A stretch of DNA of 64,000 nt from an uncultured delta proteobacterium. Lineage in GTDB: Bacteria > Myxococcota_A > Polyangia > Polyangiales > Houyiibacteriaceae. Where the stretch lies: assembly GCA_963699755.1 (NCBI GenBank), contig CAVOVB010000006.1, forward strand, positions 89,081 to 153,080, given 5' to 3'. The first letter of the stretch is position 1; the number at the start of each line of letters is the position of its first letter. A program made the translations under genes and the position numbers. This document shows, piece by piece, positions 24,423 to 35,006 of this stretch. The notes beneath the pieces are model-generated. The model saw only the letters and a list, made by a program, of their open reading frames with translations, was not told the DNA's origin and searched no databases.

Positions 24423-25277
24423 GTGCGCCGACTTCGCTCCGAACAGACTGGGCTCTCGTACCTCTCGACAGGGGCGGACAACGCTCCCTTGGTCCTGTGC
24501 CTGCACGGCTTTCCCGACATTCCGCGAACCTGGGCGCCCTTGACAGAAAGCCTCCGCGGCGCCGGCTACCGTGTCGTGAGCCCCTGGTTGCCAGGCTACG
24601 CCCCCTCGTCCCTCGAAGGCCCTTACGACATTCCGGCGCTGGCCCAGACCATCCTTTCGCTCGCCGACGAGCTCTCGCCCGCGGAGCCCATTCGGGTCGT
24701 TGGTCATGATTGGGGTTCGATCATCACGCAGTGCGCGACGGCGCTTCGACCTGAGCGTTTCCGCGCTGCGGCGATACTCGCCGTTCCTCATATGCTCGCG
24801 ATCGAAACCAACATTCAGCGCTACCCCCGCCAGCTTGGGCGAAGCGCCTACATGGGTTTGTTCCAACTGCCCGTACTCTCCGACAGCATAGTGAGGCTCC
24901 GCAACTTTGGCTTCATCGAGCGCCTCTGGGAAGCCTGGTCTCCGGGCTACCATCCCGGGGTCGACTATTTCGAGGAGCTCAGAGTTTGCCTGCGTTCCAG
25001 TATGCCGGCCCCGCTGAGATACTACCGTGCGATGCGCTCACCGAAGGTGATTCGCGAGGTTCGAGAGGTCGTAGGTAAGAGTCCCATCGTCGTCCCGACG
25101 ATCTACCTGCACGGCGAGCGCGACGGTTGCATCGGTCCAGAGATGCTCGAGGGACAGGAGAAGTACTTCAGCGCGCTGTTCGAACTGGTCAAGCTCGCGG
25201 ATGCAGGGCACTTCTTGCACCTGGAGCGTCCTGCGGAGGTGAGCGCGGCGATTCTTCGCTGGTTTGAGGGGCACTAG
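24423..25277 (+). CDS. Alpha/beta hydrolase (epoxide hydrolase-like)
   Basis: LHGFPD, GHDWG nucleophile, GERDGC and GHFLHLE motifs. Confidence 0.9.
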   Translation: MRRLRSEQTGLSYLSTGADNAPLVLCLHGFPDIPRTWAPLTESLRGAGYRVVSPWLPGYAPSSLEGPYDIPALAQTILSLADELSPAEPIRVVGHDWGSIITQCATALRPERFRAAAILAVPHMLAIETNIQRYPRQLGRSAYMGLFQLPVLSDSIVRLRNFGFIERLWEAWSPGYHPGVDYFEELRVCLRSSMPAPLRYYRAMRSPKVIREVREVVGKSPIVVPTIYLHGERDGCIGPEMLEGQEKYFSALFELVKLADAGHFLHLERPAEVSAAILRWFEGH

Positions 25278-25295
25278 CGGCGCCCGCGCCAATGC

Positions 25296-26711
25296 CTAGA
25301 CGCCCACCAGCGGCAGCTGCCGGCGCAGGGCTACATTGTCCGTGACCGGAATCGGGTAGCGGCCGCTGAAGCAGGCGCTGCAGAAACCTTCTCCGCCGAC
25401 CGCGCGTTTCAAGCCGTCTAGTGAAAGGTAGCCGAGGCTATCGGCGGTGACGTAGTCGTTGACTTCGGCAACGGAGTTGTGCGCGGCGATCAACTCTTCA
25501 CGCGTGGGTGTATCGATTCCATAGAAGCATGGCCAGATGGTCGGCGGAGAGCTGATCCGGAGGTGTACTTCCGTGGCACCCGCGTCCCGAATCATCTTCA
25601 CGATCTTGCGGCTGGTCGTGCCGCGAACGATCGAATCGTCGATGACGACGACGCGCTTCCCTTCGAGCAGGCTCTGCACCGGGTGCAACTTCAGTCGCAC
25701 CCCGAAGTGTCGAATCGATTGTGCGGGCTCGATGAAGGTGCGGCCGACATAGTGGCTTCGGATCAGGCCGAGCTCGAAGGGGAGACCGGCGGCTTCCGCA
25801 TATCCGAGCGCCGCCGCCACACCGCTATCGGGCACGGGCACGACCATGTCCGCTTCGACCGGTTGGTCTTCCCACAGAGCACGACCCATGCGCTTGCGCG
25901 CGTCGTAGACGCTGATCCCGTCGAACGAAGCGTCGGGCCGAGCGAAATAGACGTACTCGAAGATGCACATGTATCGCCGCTCGGCGCTCGTTCGAAAGGG
26001 CCGGAGGGTGTGGAGGCCCGACGCGTTGACGACGACCATCTCACCGGGTTCGATGTCGCGGAGGAACTTGGCGCCGATGAGTTGAAATGCGGGTGGCTCC
26101 GAAGCGATGAGGTATGCACCGTCGAGCTGTCCGAGGCACAAGGGACGAAAGCCATAGGGGTCGCGGACCCCCACGAGCTCGTCGGGCGAGAGAAAGACCA
26201 GTGAGTAGGCGCCCTCGACCTGATGCAGAGCATCGGCGACGCGGTCGATCATCGTTTCGGCTTTGGAGCGCGCGATGAGGTGTACTAGAACTTCCGTGTC
26301 GCTGTCCGACGAAAAGATCGATCCGTCCTTTTCGAGCTGGTGACGAAGCGCCAAGCCGTTCGTCAGATTGCCGTTGTGGGCGACGGCGATCGAACCGTGG
26401 CCGCAATCGACGGCTAGCGGTTGCGCGTTCTTGATGTGACTGCCGCCCGCGGTGGTGTAGCGCACGTGACCGATGGCGCTGCTGCCGGGCAGCTTGTCGA
26501 TTTGATCGGCCGTGAAGACGTCCTGAACGAGGCCCATTCCGCGGTGCACGAAAAGCTGCTTGCCGTTGCTCGAAACGATGCCAGCGGCTTCCTGCCCTCG
26601 ATGCTGCAAGGAGTGCAGGCCGAGGTAGGCCAAATTCGAAGCTTGATCGGCCCCGAACACTCCAAACACACCGCATTGATCATGGAAATGATCGTCGTCC
26701 ACCATCGGCAC
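25296..26711 (-). CDS. purF: Amidophosphoribosyltransferase
   Basis: Propeptide then [37 protein letters not shown] and CFYGID. Start is GTG 26711 or ATG 26705. Confidence 0.97.
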   Translation of the reverse strand: MPMVDDDHFHDQCGVFGVFGADQASNLAYLGLHSLQHRGQEAAGIVSSNGKQLFVHRGMGLVQDVFTADQIDKLPGSSAIGHVRYTTAGGSHIKNAQPLAVDCGHGSIAVAHNGNLTNGLALRHQLEKDGSIFSSDSDTEVLVHLIARSKAETMIDRVADALHQVEGAYSLVFLSPDELVGVRDPYGFRPLCLGQLDGAYLIASEPPAFQLIGAKFLRDIEPGEMVVVNASGLHTLRPFRTSAERRYMCIFEYVYFARPDASFDGISVYDARKRMGRALWEDQPVEADMVVPVPDSGVAAALGYAEAAGLPFELGLIRSHYVGRTFIEPAQSIRHFGVRLKLHPVQSLLEGKRVVVIDDSIVRGTTSRKIVKMIRDAGATEVHLRISSPPTIWPCFYGIDTPTREELIAAHNSVAEVNDYVTADSLGYLSLDGLKRAVGGEGFCSACFSGRYPIPVTDNVALRRQLPLVGV

Positions 26712-26797
26712 CGCGGTTTCATAGCGCCGGGCCCCCCCCACGTCCACGACCCCAGTATGCTCTTCGGCCGAGCCTGCGCTAGAACGAGCTGAGCGAA

Positions 26798-29431
26798 ATG
26801 CCAAGGGTATTGAAGCGAATCGAATCGGTCGTTCCCCGGAAGGCTTCTGGCTATGGTGGGAAGTCCCGCGGCCTGGCAGCGCTTGCTCGGGCCGGCTTTC
26901 CCGTTCCGGCAGCCTATGCGATGCCTGGCTGGGTTGCTGATTCCTTCTTTTCGAGCGTGCTCGAGATCGCGGACCGCCCGAGGGCGCTTCTGCGTACACC
27001 GCACGTTGCGGACAGCCGCCTTCCGGCGATCGCCGAGCGCGTACGGGCGGCGACCCTTCCGGAGGACGTCATTCGGAGCGTCGATGATGCGCTGCTCGCA
27101 ATGCGTGATGAGGGCGCCACCGGCTTCGCGGTTCGCTCTTCGGCAATGCACGAGGATCAGGAAGGCGCATCGGCTGCTGGAATGCACCTGACCTTGCTCA
27201 ACTTGATAAGCGAAGACCAGGTTCTCGAAGCGATCAAGGCCTGCTGGTCGAGCATCTTCCGCCCGCGCGTGCTCTCGTACCTGCGTACCTTCGGGGAGGA
27301 GGTGCCGATTTCGATTGGCGTCGTGATTCAGGCGATGGTCCCGGCTGAGGTTTCTGGTGTTCTCTTCACTGCCAACCCGCTGACCGGAGATACGGGCGAA
27401 GTCGTCATCAATGCCGCATACGGATTGGGGTCTTCTGTCGTCGAAGGCCGTGTGACGCCGGACACCTATCGTGTCGACAAAGTTACGGGCCAACTTCGCG
27501 ATCGGATCATCGGCAACAAGGCTCAGCGCACCATACTCGATCCCTCGGGAGGTGTGAGCGACGTTTCTGTGGTTCCGGGAGAGCGCGAGGCGCCTGCCCT
27601 CAACGAGCAGCAGCTTCTGCAGTTGACAGAGCTAGGGACCCGAATCGAAAGTCATTTCGGAAGCGCTCGCGACGTCGAGTGGGCGTTTGCGGAGCACGAG
27701 CTGTACGTCTTGCAAGCACGCCCAATCGTCGTTCCCAGCACGCGAAGCCGCCGCGGCTCGAGGCGCGACCGTCCCGTGGACCGTCGAAAAATCGTCTGGA
27801 GCAACGCGAACGTCGGCGAGGCACTTCCCGGCGTTGCCACCCCGTTTACCTGGTCTGTGCTCAGTCAGTTCAGCGACCTAGGCTTCCGCCGGGCGTTTGG
27901 CGCCATGGGCTGTACGGTTCCGCGTGACGCCGAGCTCGTCGGGGACTTCCGCGGACGAATCTACATCAATCTGAGCGAGTTCAGCGCCATCATGTCGCAG
28001 ATCCCGTGGATCCATCCTTCGACTCTGGTTCGGCTAGGGGGCGGCCTGTACGCCTCTGAGCTCGACGATGTCGTTGCCGAGCGAAGCTCGAAGGGTTTCT
28101 TCATGCGCCTACCGCAAACCGTTTCGCGATACGCGCGCGAGAACTTTCGCCTCAAAGAGCGCCTAGAAGAATTCGAGAGGTACTTTTCGGAGGAACGCCT
28201 GCGGTTCGACGGGATCGATCCACGCCTTCTCGAGCCAAGCGGACTGGAGCAATTGCTCAGCGACGTCGAGCACCTCTTGGATGAGACGGGTTCGATTATG
28301 CTGACCGCCTATGCAAACCTGCTGACTGCCGTGCTCCTGCTGGTCGGTGTGCTGCGCATGTTTACGCAGAGCCAGGGCTCGGACTTCTATCGTGAGTTGC
28401 TCTCCGGCTTGCAGGACGTGTCCAGTGCGCGTCCTGGGTTCGCGCTGTGGCAAATCGCCCAGCTCGCCCGCGCAGAGCCCGAGCTGGCGGAGCTCATCCG
28501 CACAGCCGACCTCACGGCCCTCAAGGTGGCGGATCTTCCGAGTGGTCCCACCCGGGATGCGCTGAGTCGATTCCTCGAGGACTACGGCTTTCGGGGCATC
28601 CGTGAGGCTGAAATCGCAGCGCCGCGCTGGTCCGAGGACCCAACGCTGATGTTTGCCACGCTGCGCTCGCACCTCTTCAGTCGAGTCGACATGGTGCAAC
28701 GCGGGCGCGATCTCCAGCTCGCCCGCGAAGAGGCCGAGGAGAAGCTCAGGAAAAGCGTCCCTTTCCCACTTCGGCCCGCTGTGGCGAAGCTCCTCGAATC
28801 CGTGCGGCACTTCACCCGGGTGCGAGAGGAGTTGCGTGGCCACGTGGTGGAAGTCCTCGGTATGTTCCGGCGAGTGGCCATCGACGCTTCGCGTCGTATC
28901 GAAGCCCGCGAGCCCGAAGCCGGTCCCGATGCTGCGTTCTTTTTGACCCTCGCGGAAGTTCGGCGGGTTCTCTACGATGAAAACGAGCGCGTAGCGATTC
29001 GCGTGCAGCGGCGCCGCCTGGAATACGAACGCAATCAAGCGCTGCCTGAGCCGCCCACGACCTTCGTCGGCTTCCCGCCCGATGGTGAAGGGGTCCTATC
29101 GACGGCGAAACGCCTCCGCGGCTTGGCTGCGAGCCGAGGCGTTGCCGAGGGGAGGGTGCGCGTCCTACACGATTCTGCGCAGGCCGGCAGGTTCGAGCCC
29201 GGCGAGGTTCTCGTCGTCGCGGCGGCGGACACCGGATGGGCACCGTTGTTCTTGGCAGCCTCCGGCGTGGTGACCGAGCTCGGGGGCCCTTTGTCTCACG
29301 CTGCGATCATCCTGAGAGAGTACGCGGTACCTGCGGTGGTCAACGTGGCCAATGCAACGCGCTCGCTCCGCGATGGCGACCTCGTTCGCATCGACGGGGA
29401 CGCTGGCACCGTGGAGATTATCGGTGGTTGA
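26798..29431 (+). CDS. PEP-utilising enzyme family phosphotransferase (rifampin phosphotransferase/PigC-like architecture)
   Basis: N-terminal ATP-grasp (GGKS, AVRSSA..ED, DVEWA, LQARPI), a large central domain and a C-terminal His-swivel ([13 protein letters not shown]). Confidence 0.85.
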   Translation: MPRVLKRIESVVPRKASGYGGKSRGLAALARAGFPVPAAYAMPGWVADSFFSSVLEIADRPRALLRTPHVADSRLPAIAERVRAATLPEDVIRSVDDALLAMRDEGATGFAVRSSAMHEDQEGASAAGMHLTLLNLISEDQVLEAIKACWSSIFRPRVLSYLRTFGEEVPISIGVVIQAMVPAEVSGVLFTANPLTGDTGEVVINAAYGLGSSVVEGRVTPDTYRVDKVTGQLRDRIIGNKAQRTILDPSGGVSDVSVVPGEREAPALNEQQLLQLTELGTRIESHFGSARDVEWAFAEHELYVLQARPIVVPSTRSRRGSRRDRPVDRRKIVWSNANVGEALPGVATPFTWSVLSQFSDLGFRRAFGAMGCTVPRDAELVGDFRGRIYINLSEFSAIMSQIPWIHPSTLVRLGGGLYASELDDVVAERSSKGFFMRLPQTVSRYARENFRLKERLEEFERYFSEERLRFDGIDPRLLEPSGLEQLLSDVEHLLDETGSIMLTAYANLLTAVLLLVGVLRMFTQSQGSDFYRELLSGLQDVSSARPGFALWQIAQLARAEPELAELIRTADLTALKVADLPSGPTRDALSRFLEDYGFRGIREAEIAAPRWSEDPTLMFATLRSHLFSRVDMVQRGRDLQLAREEAEEKLRKSVPFPLRPAVAKLLESVRHFTRVREELRGHVVEVLGMFRRVAIDASRRIEAREPEAGPDAAFFLTLAEVRRVLYDENERVAIRVQRRRLEYERNQALPEPPTTFVGFPPDGEGVLSTAKRLRGLAASRGVAEGRVRVLHDSAQAGRFEPGEVLVVAAADTGWAPLFLAASGVVTELGGPLSHAAIILREYAVPAVVNVANATRSLRDGDLVRIDGDAGTVEIIGG

Positions 29432-30143
29432 GGCCAGGAGCGACGAACCAGAGGTCATCCACCGCGATGACCAATTGCTTATCGTGAACAAGCCTCCAGG
29501 CCTTCCAACGACTGCCCCGAGCGCCGACGAACCGTCCCTCGTTCGGTGGGTATCTGAACGCGTCGCGGTCCTCCGGCCTCACCCCACATCGCGCCTCGAT
29601 GCCCAAGTGAGCGGCTTGGTCACATTCGCGCTCACGCGAGCGGCGAACCGGAAGCTCCTCGACGCACGGCGCGCGGGGACATACGAGCGCGTCTACCTCG
29701 GCATCACGCTTTACCAAACGCCTGCAGAGTTGGGCGAATGGGCGTGGCCGATTTCAATCGATCCAGCAAACCCAAAGCTTCGCGTTGCTGGGGAGGGCCG
29801 TGGCGAGCGCGCGGCGTTGACCCGGTTCGAAGTGGCGAAGCGAATCCCGACGGCGACGCTTCTACGGATGATGCCGGCGACGGGTCGAACTCACCAGCTT
29901 CGCGTGCACGCTGCCCGCTTCGGCGCTCCGCTCTTCGGCGATCACGCGTACGGAGGAGAGCGGCGCGAGGCCATGCCCTGTGGCACCGTCGTCACGGCAC
30001 GACGCGTGATGCTTCACTGTGCGCAACTGAGCTTTCCGTCACCATCTGGCGGCGACCGAATGCAGTTTCAAGCGCCCGCGCGATCGGACATGCGGCGCGC
30101 ATGGCTCGCCCTCGGTGGGGCCGCTTCGGACCTTCAGCCGTGA
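29424..30143 (+). CDS. RluA-family pseudouridine synthase (no S4 domain)
   Basis: VNKPPGL, SRLD (catalytic Asp), TGRTHQLRVH, GDHAYG and MLHC; overlaps the upstream stop. Confidence 0.85.
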   Translation: MVEARSDEPEVIHRDDQLLIVNKPPGLPTTAPSADEPSLVRWVSERVAVLRPHPTSRLDAQVSGLVTFALTRAANRKLLDARRAGTYERVYLGITLYQTPAELGEWAWPISIDPANPKLRVAGEGRGERAALTRFEVAKRIPTATLLRMMPATGRTHQLRVHAARFGAPLFGDHAYGGERREAMPCGTVVTARRVMLHCAQLSFPSPSGGDRMQFQAPARSDMRRAWLALGGAASDLQP

Positions 30144-31168
30144 CGCTTGTTCGAGAACTTTGCACCCGGAGGCTCGTCCGACGGCCTATTGAAATGCGCT
30201 TCGAGCTCGCGATGCAGGATTTCCTGCACGTCTCGCTGCAGGCCAAGCGGTTGTCGAACCAGCCGTTCGATGTTTCGCTGGTAGACGAAGAGGCGCCGCT
30301 GCTCTTCGCCGCCTGCGGTGGTGGCCATTTCGTCTAGAAGCAAAGGGGTTCGTGGGTCGACGCCCTCTGCTACGACCTCCAGGCCGGGCAGGTCGCTCAC
30401 CATGATCAGGTTCCCCTCGAGCCGCCTCGTGAGGTCTTCGGGAAGCTCACGAAGGGCGGCCTGTACGATCTTTTCGAAGCGGACATGGGACGGCGACCAC
30501 GGGGGTGCCGGAAGGAGCCCGTCGAGATGCCGAGTCTTGAGGAAGGCCAACGCGGCTTCGCCGTTGCGCTCCTGCCGGTCGCGCAGAAGTCCTAGGTAGT
30601 AGAGCACGTCGGGGGAAGGGTCGGGACGAGACGCAGCGCGTTCGATCAAGATCTCGGCCGCCTCGGTCTGGTCGAGCTCGAAGTGGGCCCGCCCGATCAG
30701 GAAGTCGAGCTGCGGGTTTTCGTAAGGCCCTTCGGGAAGCGCCATGAGAAGCTCCGCGGCTGCGCCACGGTCACCCTGCTGCAGCAGCGCGTCGACCTTC
30801 AGCACGGAGGCATCGGCGATATCGTCGGCGGTCTGGCAGCTTTCCAGAGCCTGGTCGAGCACCCGAATCGCCTCCGTCAGGCTTCCGAGTGGGTGAATCA
30901 GGAGCTCGGCGGCATTGAGCATCGCCTCGAGATAGTGCTCGTCCAGCTCAATCGCTTGGTGGTAGTGCTCGAGCGCCATATCGAGATTGCCGTTGGCCGC
31001 GTGGATGTAACCGATGAGGTTGTGTGCATCCGGGGAATCGCCATCGAGCTCGAGAGTCTGCTCAGCCGAGGCCATGGCGCCGTTCAAGTCACCCTGTGTG
31101 ACGAGCTCCCAGCCGCGGTCGAGGTGCGCACTGACCCGGTCCATGAATCCTTCGTTTGCCTCAGACAT
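30134..31168 (-). CDS. TPR protein with C-terminal degenerate zincin-like domain
   Basis: Multiple TPRs; the C-terminus LFVYQRNIER..ILHRELEAHF resembles Zincin_1 but lacks HExxH. Confidence 0.7.
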   Translation of the reverse strand: MSEANEGFMDRVSAHLDRGWELVTQGDLNGAMASAEQTLELDGDSPDAHNLIGYIHAANGNLDMALEHYHQAIELDEHYLEAMLNAAELLIHPLGSLTEAIRVLDQALESCQTADDIADASVLKVDALLQQGDRGAAAELLMALPEGPYENPQLDFLIGRAHFELDQTEAAEILIERAASRPDPSPDVLYYLGLLRDRQERNGEAALAFLKTRHLDGLLPAPPWSPSHVRFEKIVQAALRELPEDLTRRLEGNLIMVSDLPGLEVVAEGVDPRTPLLLDEMATTAGGEEQRRLFVYQRNIERLVRQPLGLQRDVQEILHRELEAHFNRPSDEPPGAKFSNKRHG

Positions 31169-31237
31169 GATCAATTCCAAACGATACGTGGCAGGTTTGG
31201 GACGTCAAGCCAAACCGTACGCTATCATGCGTCTGAG

Positions 31238-32122
31238 ATGCTGAGGTTTTTCGGGCTTGTCGGAATAATGGCGATCTATTCCTGCGTGACCGAGCCCCTG
31301 CCCCCAGGCCAGACGATCTCGGTTGGCACAGCCGACCAGGGCTACCTCCACGATGGGGTTCGCCTGCCTGACGTCGGAGTGGGCTACCGGCGGCTGCGCC
31401 CCCGTGAGGGAACGCGCTTCGGGACAGCCACCCTGGTCGGCGCGATCGAGCGCGCGGCGCGTGAAGTAGCCAACGCTTTTCCATCAGGATATCCGTTGCG
31501 GGTCGGTGATCTGTCGAGCGCGCACGGTGGCTCACATGGGAGGCATCGCACCCATCGTGCCGGCCGGGACGCCGACCTTCTGTTTTTCGTGCGAGATGTT
31601 GGCGGCCTGGCCATGCTTGGCAGTGGCTGGCTGCGCTTCGATCGCTTTGGGCTCGCGGTCGTCCGAGAGCGACTGTTCCGCTTCGACGACGCGCGAAACT
31701 GGCACTTGGTTCGCAGTCTCGTCATGGACGACGAAGCCAGGGTGAAATGGCTCTTCTGCTCGAACGAGCTGAAGACCCGGCTTCTGCGCTATGCCGCGCG
31801 CTATGAGCGCTCGCCGGAGGCAGTCGTTCGAGCCACCTGGATTCTTCATCAGCCGTCTCGCGCCGATCCGCACGATGACCACTTTCATCTGCGCGTGGGC
31901 TGCGGGGTAACGGAGCAAAGTCTCGGTTGTCGAGAAGAACCGCCTCATTGGCCTTGGCTGAGCGACCCTGCGCGCAAACAGGAGAGCAGTGCCAGCGCAG
32001 CCGCTACAGATGCGCACATCCTCCGCTGGCTACTCGCCGAGGAGCATTTGGATCAGCGCAGCAACATCGCCGGGCGTGGCCTCAACACCGCAGCGAAACC
32101 ATCCCCGATCGTTGGTCGCTAG
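31238..32122 (+). CDS. mepA: Penicillin-insensitive murein endopeptidase (MepA-like), probable lipoprotein
   Basis: Signal peptide with YSC; SVG...GYL, VGDLS, HRTHRAGRDAD and PHDDHFHLR (LAS zinc motifs). Confidence 0.8.
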   Translation: MLRFFGLVGIMAIYSCVTEPLPPGQTISVGTADQGYLHDGVRLPDVGVGYRRLRPREGTRFGTATLVGAIERAAREVANAFPSGYPLRVGDLSSAHGGSHGRHRTHRAGRDADLLFFVRDVGGLAMLGSGWLRFDRFGLAVVRERLFRFDDARNWHLVRSLVMDDEARVKWLFCSNELKTRLLRYAARYERSPEAVVRATWILHQPSRADPHDDHFHLRVGCGVTEQSLGCREEPPHWPWLSDPARKQESSASAAATDAHILRWLLAEEHLDQRSNIAGRGLNTAAKPSPIVGR

Positions 32123-32845
32123 GTCAGTCAGATCCTGATGCGCTTGGGTGGCGCCCCAGACCAAGACCGCCGAGGTTTTGGGCAGCTCGTGCGCCAAGGT
32201 CGCAATCGTCGACGGTTGTACCGAAGCCTTCACGCAATCGATGACGACCAGCGGACTCAGCGATGCGGTGGCTTTCACGTTGTCGAGAAACGCGACGACG
32301 TCCTCGATTTGCTGAACGGCCGCCGCAGAGCCCACCCTCCTGGCGATTTCCTCACATCGCTGTCGGTCGCTCGTGGCGACGAAGACCATCGGTGCCGCCG
32401 AGCCCAGGGGCTGCATCGTCGGGTACTTCGAGGTGCTGGCTTCCAACACAGGATCGCTGCGCTTCCTCGTGAGCTGCGAGGTCGCCCGTTCGCGGCCGAG
32501 CTTGTGCGTTGGTTCGTCTCGGTCCGCTCGCTGCGGCGGCTGCGAGCTAATCCTTTCTGCGAACGTCAGCATGGGTGCGAGGTTCTGCATGACCGCGTCC
32601 GTGGCAACGTTACCCAGATAGAATACCATCGAGGCTCGGAGGTGTTTGTCGACGAAGCGGTGAAGGGACTCGCCGGCCGTCGGAACTTCGTGCTCGCGCG
32701 CCATGTGCAGGGCGCGATGGAGGATCTGAATCCGAACCTCGGGCGTCGCCACGCTTTCGATCGCTTCGCGGACCATACGGGCAATCGGGCTCTCGGGCTC
32801 CGGTTGATCGTCGTCTCCGGACGCAGAGTGTATGCGGGCTACCAC
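32030..32845 (-). CDS. Hypothetical protein with helical N-domain and receiver-like C-domain
   Basis: Protein-like 271 aa ORF; C-terminal beta/alpha pattern VFVAT..LVVID..VLVWG. Confidence 0.65.
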   Translation of the reverse strand: MVARIHSASGDDDQPEPESPIARMVREAIESVATPEVRIQILHRALHMAREHEVPTAGESLHRFVDKHLRASMVFYLGNVATDAVMQNLAPMLTFAERISSQPPQRADRDEPTHKLGRERATSQLTRKRSDPVLEASTSKYPTMQPLGSAAPMVFVATSDRQRCEEIARRVGSAAAVQQIEDVVAFLDNVKATASLSPLVVIDCVKASVQPSTIATLAHELPKTSAVLVWGATQAHQDLTDLATNDRGWFRCGVEATPGDVAALIQMLLGE

Positions 32846-32930
32846 AGCATCATAATATTACCGTGATTTGGGCAAGAGGCCAAGCCTCTCCGAGTGGTGC
32901 TGTCTACGTTGTCCATGGTACATCACGAAG

Positions 32931-33854
32931 ATGCTCGTGATGGGGGTCGACGAGAACGGGCTGGGGCCCCGACTGGGGCCTCTGGTGGCGACCTCCGTGG
33001 TTCTCGACGTACCCCGCTACAAGCGCGCGGACTTGCGCGACCGAGGGCTTAGCCTCGGACTGACCGACAGCAAGGAGACCGGCGGATTCGGACGGATGGC
33101 GTTCGCCGAATCGGTGGCCCTGGCGTTGGCCGAACGTCATTTGGCAGGGCTTCCGAGCTCGGTGGATGATTTTCTCGATCGCGTCGCACCCCAGTCCCGT
33201 CAGCGGCTTCGCGCCTGTTGTCCTGACGATCGCAGCGCGTCGCAGTGCTGGGGGGTCGACCCCACGCTGCCCGTGTTCGGTGGCGACGCGGCTTACGGCA
33301 AGGCCCTGCTCGGCGAACTGGTCGGCCGATCGGAGCTTCGGATCGTCGATGCCCAAAGCCGAATCGCTTGCGCCGGCGTGCTCAATGAACAGCGCTCCCT
33401 GGGTACGAACAAGCTGGCCGTCGATCTCGAGCTCTTCGAGGACCTGATCGCTTCGGCACACGCCCGTCACGGCCGCGCTCTGCTCGTCGTCTGCGGGATG
33501 ATCGGCGGCATTCGCGACTACGCGACGCGCTTCTCCCAATTCGATCCGCACGGGGTCGAGGCGCTGCGGAGCCGTCGGGGCCAGCGGAGATATGGGGTCG
33601 AGGGCCTCGGTGAGCTTCGGTTCGAGGTCGACGCGGACGCGCAGCACCTGCCGGTCGCGCTAGCCTCCATCCTTGGCAAATACGTCCGGGAGGTCAGCAT
33701 GCATCGCATCGGGGAATTCTACCGGCGGGACCTGCCGGGGCTAAAGCTCGCGAGCGGATACCACGATCGGGTCACCAGCCGCTTCATCGAAGCGACCGAG
33801 CAACCACGCCGCAGGCTCGGCATTGCGCCCGATTGCTTTCGGCGGCAGGCCTGA
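32931..33854 (+). CDS. Ribonuclease HII-like protein (atypical)
   Basis: MGVDENGLGPRLGPLV, LTDSK, ADAQHLPVALASILGKYVRE and SGY motifs. Confidence 0.78.
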   Translation: MLVMGVDENGLGPRLGPLVATSVVLDVPRYKRADLRDRGLSLGLTDSKETGGFGRMAFAESVALALAERHLAGLPSSVDDFLDRVAPQSRQRLRACCPDDRSASQCWGVDPTLPVFGGDAAYGKALLGELVGRSELRIVDAQSRIACAGVLNEQRSLGTNKLAVDLELFEDLIASAHARHGRALLVVCGMIGGIRDYATRFSQFDPHGVEALRSRRGQRRYGVEGLGELRFEVDADAQHLPVALASILGKYVREVSMHRIGEFYRRDLPGLKLASGYHDRVTSRFIEATEQPRRRLGIAPDCFRRQA

Positions 33855-33875
33855 CGGCCGTGCTAGAAGGCCGGT

Positions 33876-35006
33876 ATGTCTGAGCGCGACATGGTTCCGC
33901 GTTGGGTTCTCTGGCTGGGTGTTTCGCTCGCCTTTGGATGGCTGCTCTTCACCTTGCGCGGCGTCCTGGCTCCCGTCTTCTTCGCCTTCCTCATCGCCTA
34001 CATGCTCGATCCCTTGGTCGATCGCGTCGAGGGAAGCAGGTTGCTTCGCGGTAGGCCAATCGGTCGCGCCGTTGGCATCGCGGTGCTTCTCCTCTGCGTA
34101 TTCGTGATCACTGCGTTTGCGCTCCTGGTCATCCTTCCGATGGTCTATGCCGAGATCGCGGGCTTCGTGAAGCGATTGCCAGGCCTGGTCGAGCGCAGTC
34201 GGGCGGAGTGGGAGCCGACCCTCCTCGAATACGGACTGCAAGTCCCCAACTCCGTTGGCGATGCGTTCGAGGAGCTGCACCTGGACCTCCAGTCGGTCCT
34301 GACCAAGGGCTACACGCCCGCTACGGCCGTTGTGAAATGGCTCTTGGGCGAGACGGCTTCGGCGGTTGCGGCACTCGTCGCCGCACTGATGATCCCAGTG
34401 TTTGCGTTCTACCTCCTGTACGACTTCGACACCCTAGTGGCCCGTGCTGCTGAGTTGATCCCTCCACGCTATCGGCCGGAAGCGCACGGTTTCTTCCACG
34501 AGGTCGACGCGGTGCTCGGACAGTTCTTCAGAGGCCAGTTCACCGTCATGGTGATCTTGGCGATTTTGTACTCGGTCGGCTACGGCTCGATCGGTGTGCC
34601 CCTTGCGCTTCCGATCGGGATCATGGCGGGCTTCCTCTCGTTCATCCCCTATGTCGGCAGCACTCTTGGGCTCGCTACAGCCCTGCTGATGACCGCGCTC
34701 GACTGGCAGGGGTGGACACAGGTTCTCTGGGTGCTCGGCGTCCACGCTGTGATTCAGGGCCTCGAAGGATTCGTGATCACACCGAAGATCATGGGCGACA
34801 CCGTCGGGATCTCCGCGATTGCCGTCTTGTTTGCTTTGCTGGTCGGTGCCGAGCTTCTGGGATTCACAGGGGTGCTGCTCGCGGTGCCCGCGGCAGCGGT
34901 CATCAAGATCTTGATCGAGCGAATCCACGAACGCTACCGAAATTCCGAGTTGTTCATGGGGCCCAATACCGAGTCGAGCAGCGCTAGGGAGCAGTCGAAA
35001 GACTAG
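33876..35006 (+). CDS. AI-2E (PerM) family transporter
   Basis: AYMLDPLV, FYLLYD, FFRGQ, FIPYVG and QGLEGFVITPKIMG motifs. Confidence 0.92.
   Translation: MSERDMVPRWVLWLGVSLAFGWLLFTLRGVLAPVFFAFLIAYMLDPLVDRVEGSRLLRGRPIGRAVGIAVLLLCVFVITAFALLVILPMVYAEIAGFVKRLPGLVERSRAEWEPTLLEYGLQVPNSVGDAFEELHLDLQSVLTKGYTPATAVVKWLLGETASAVAALVAALMIPVFAFYLLYDFDTLVARAAELIPPRYRPEAHGFFHEVDAVLGQFFRGQFTVMVILAILYSVGYGSIGVPLALPIGIMAGFLSFIPYVGSTLGLATALLMTALDWQGWTQVLWVLGVHAVIQGLEGFVITPKIMGDTVGISAIAVLFALLVGAELLGFTGVLLAVPAAAVIKILIERIHERYRNSELFMGPNTESSSAREQSKD

Noticed and set aside
26798..29431. Calling the gene ppsA or a bona fide rifampin resistance gene
   Set aside because: Domain order excludes PEP synthase; rifampin-binding residues and an upstream RAE motif could not be confirmed.
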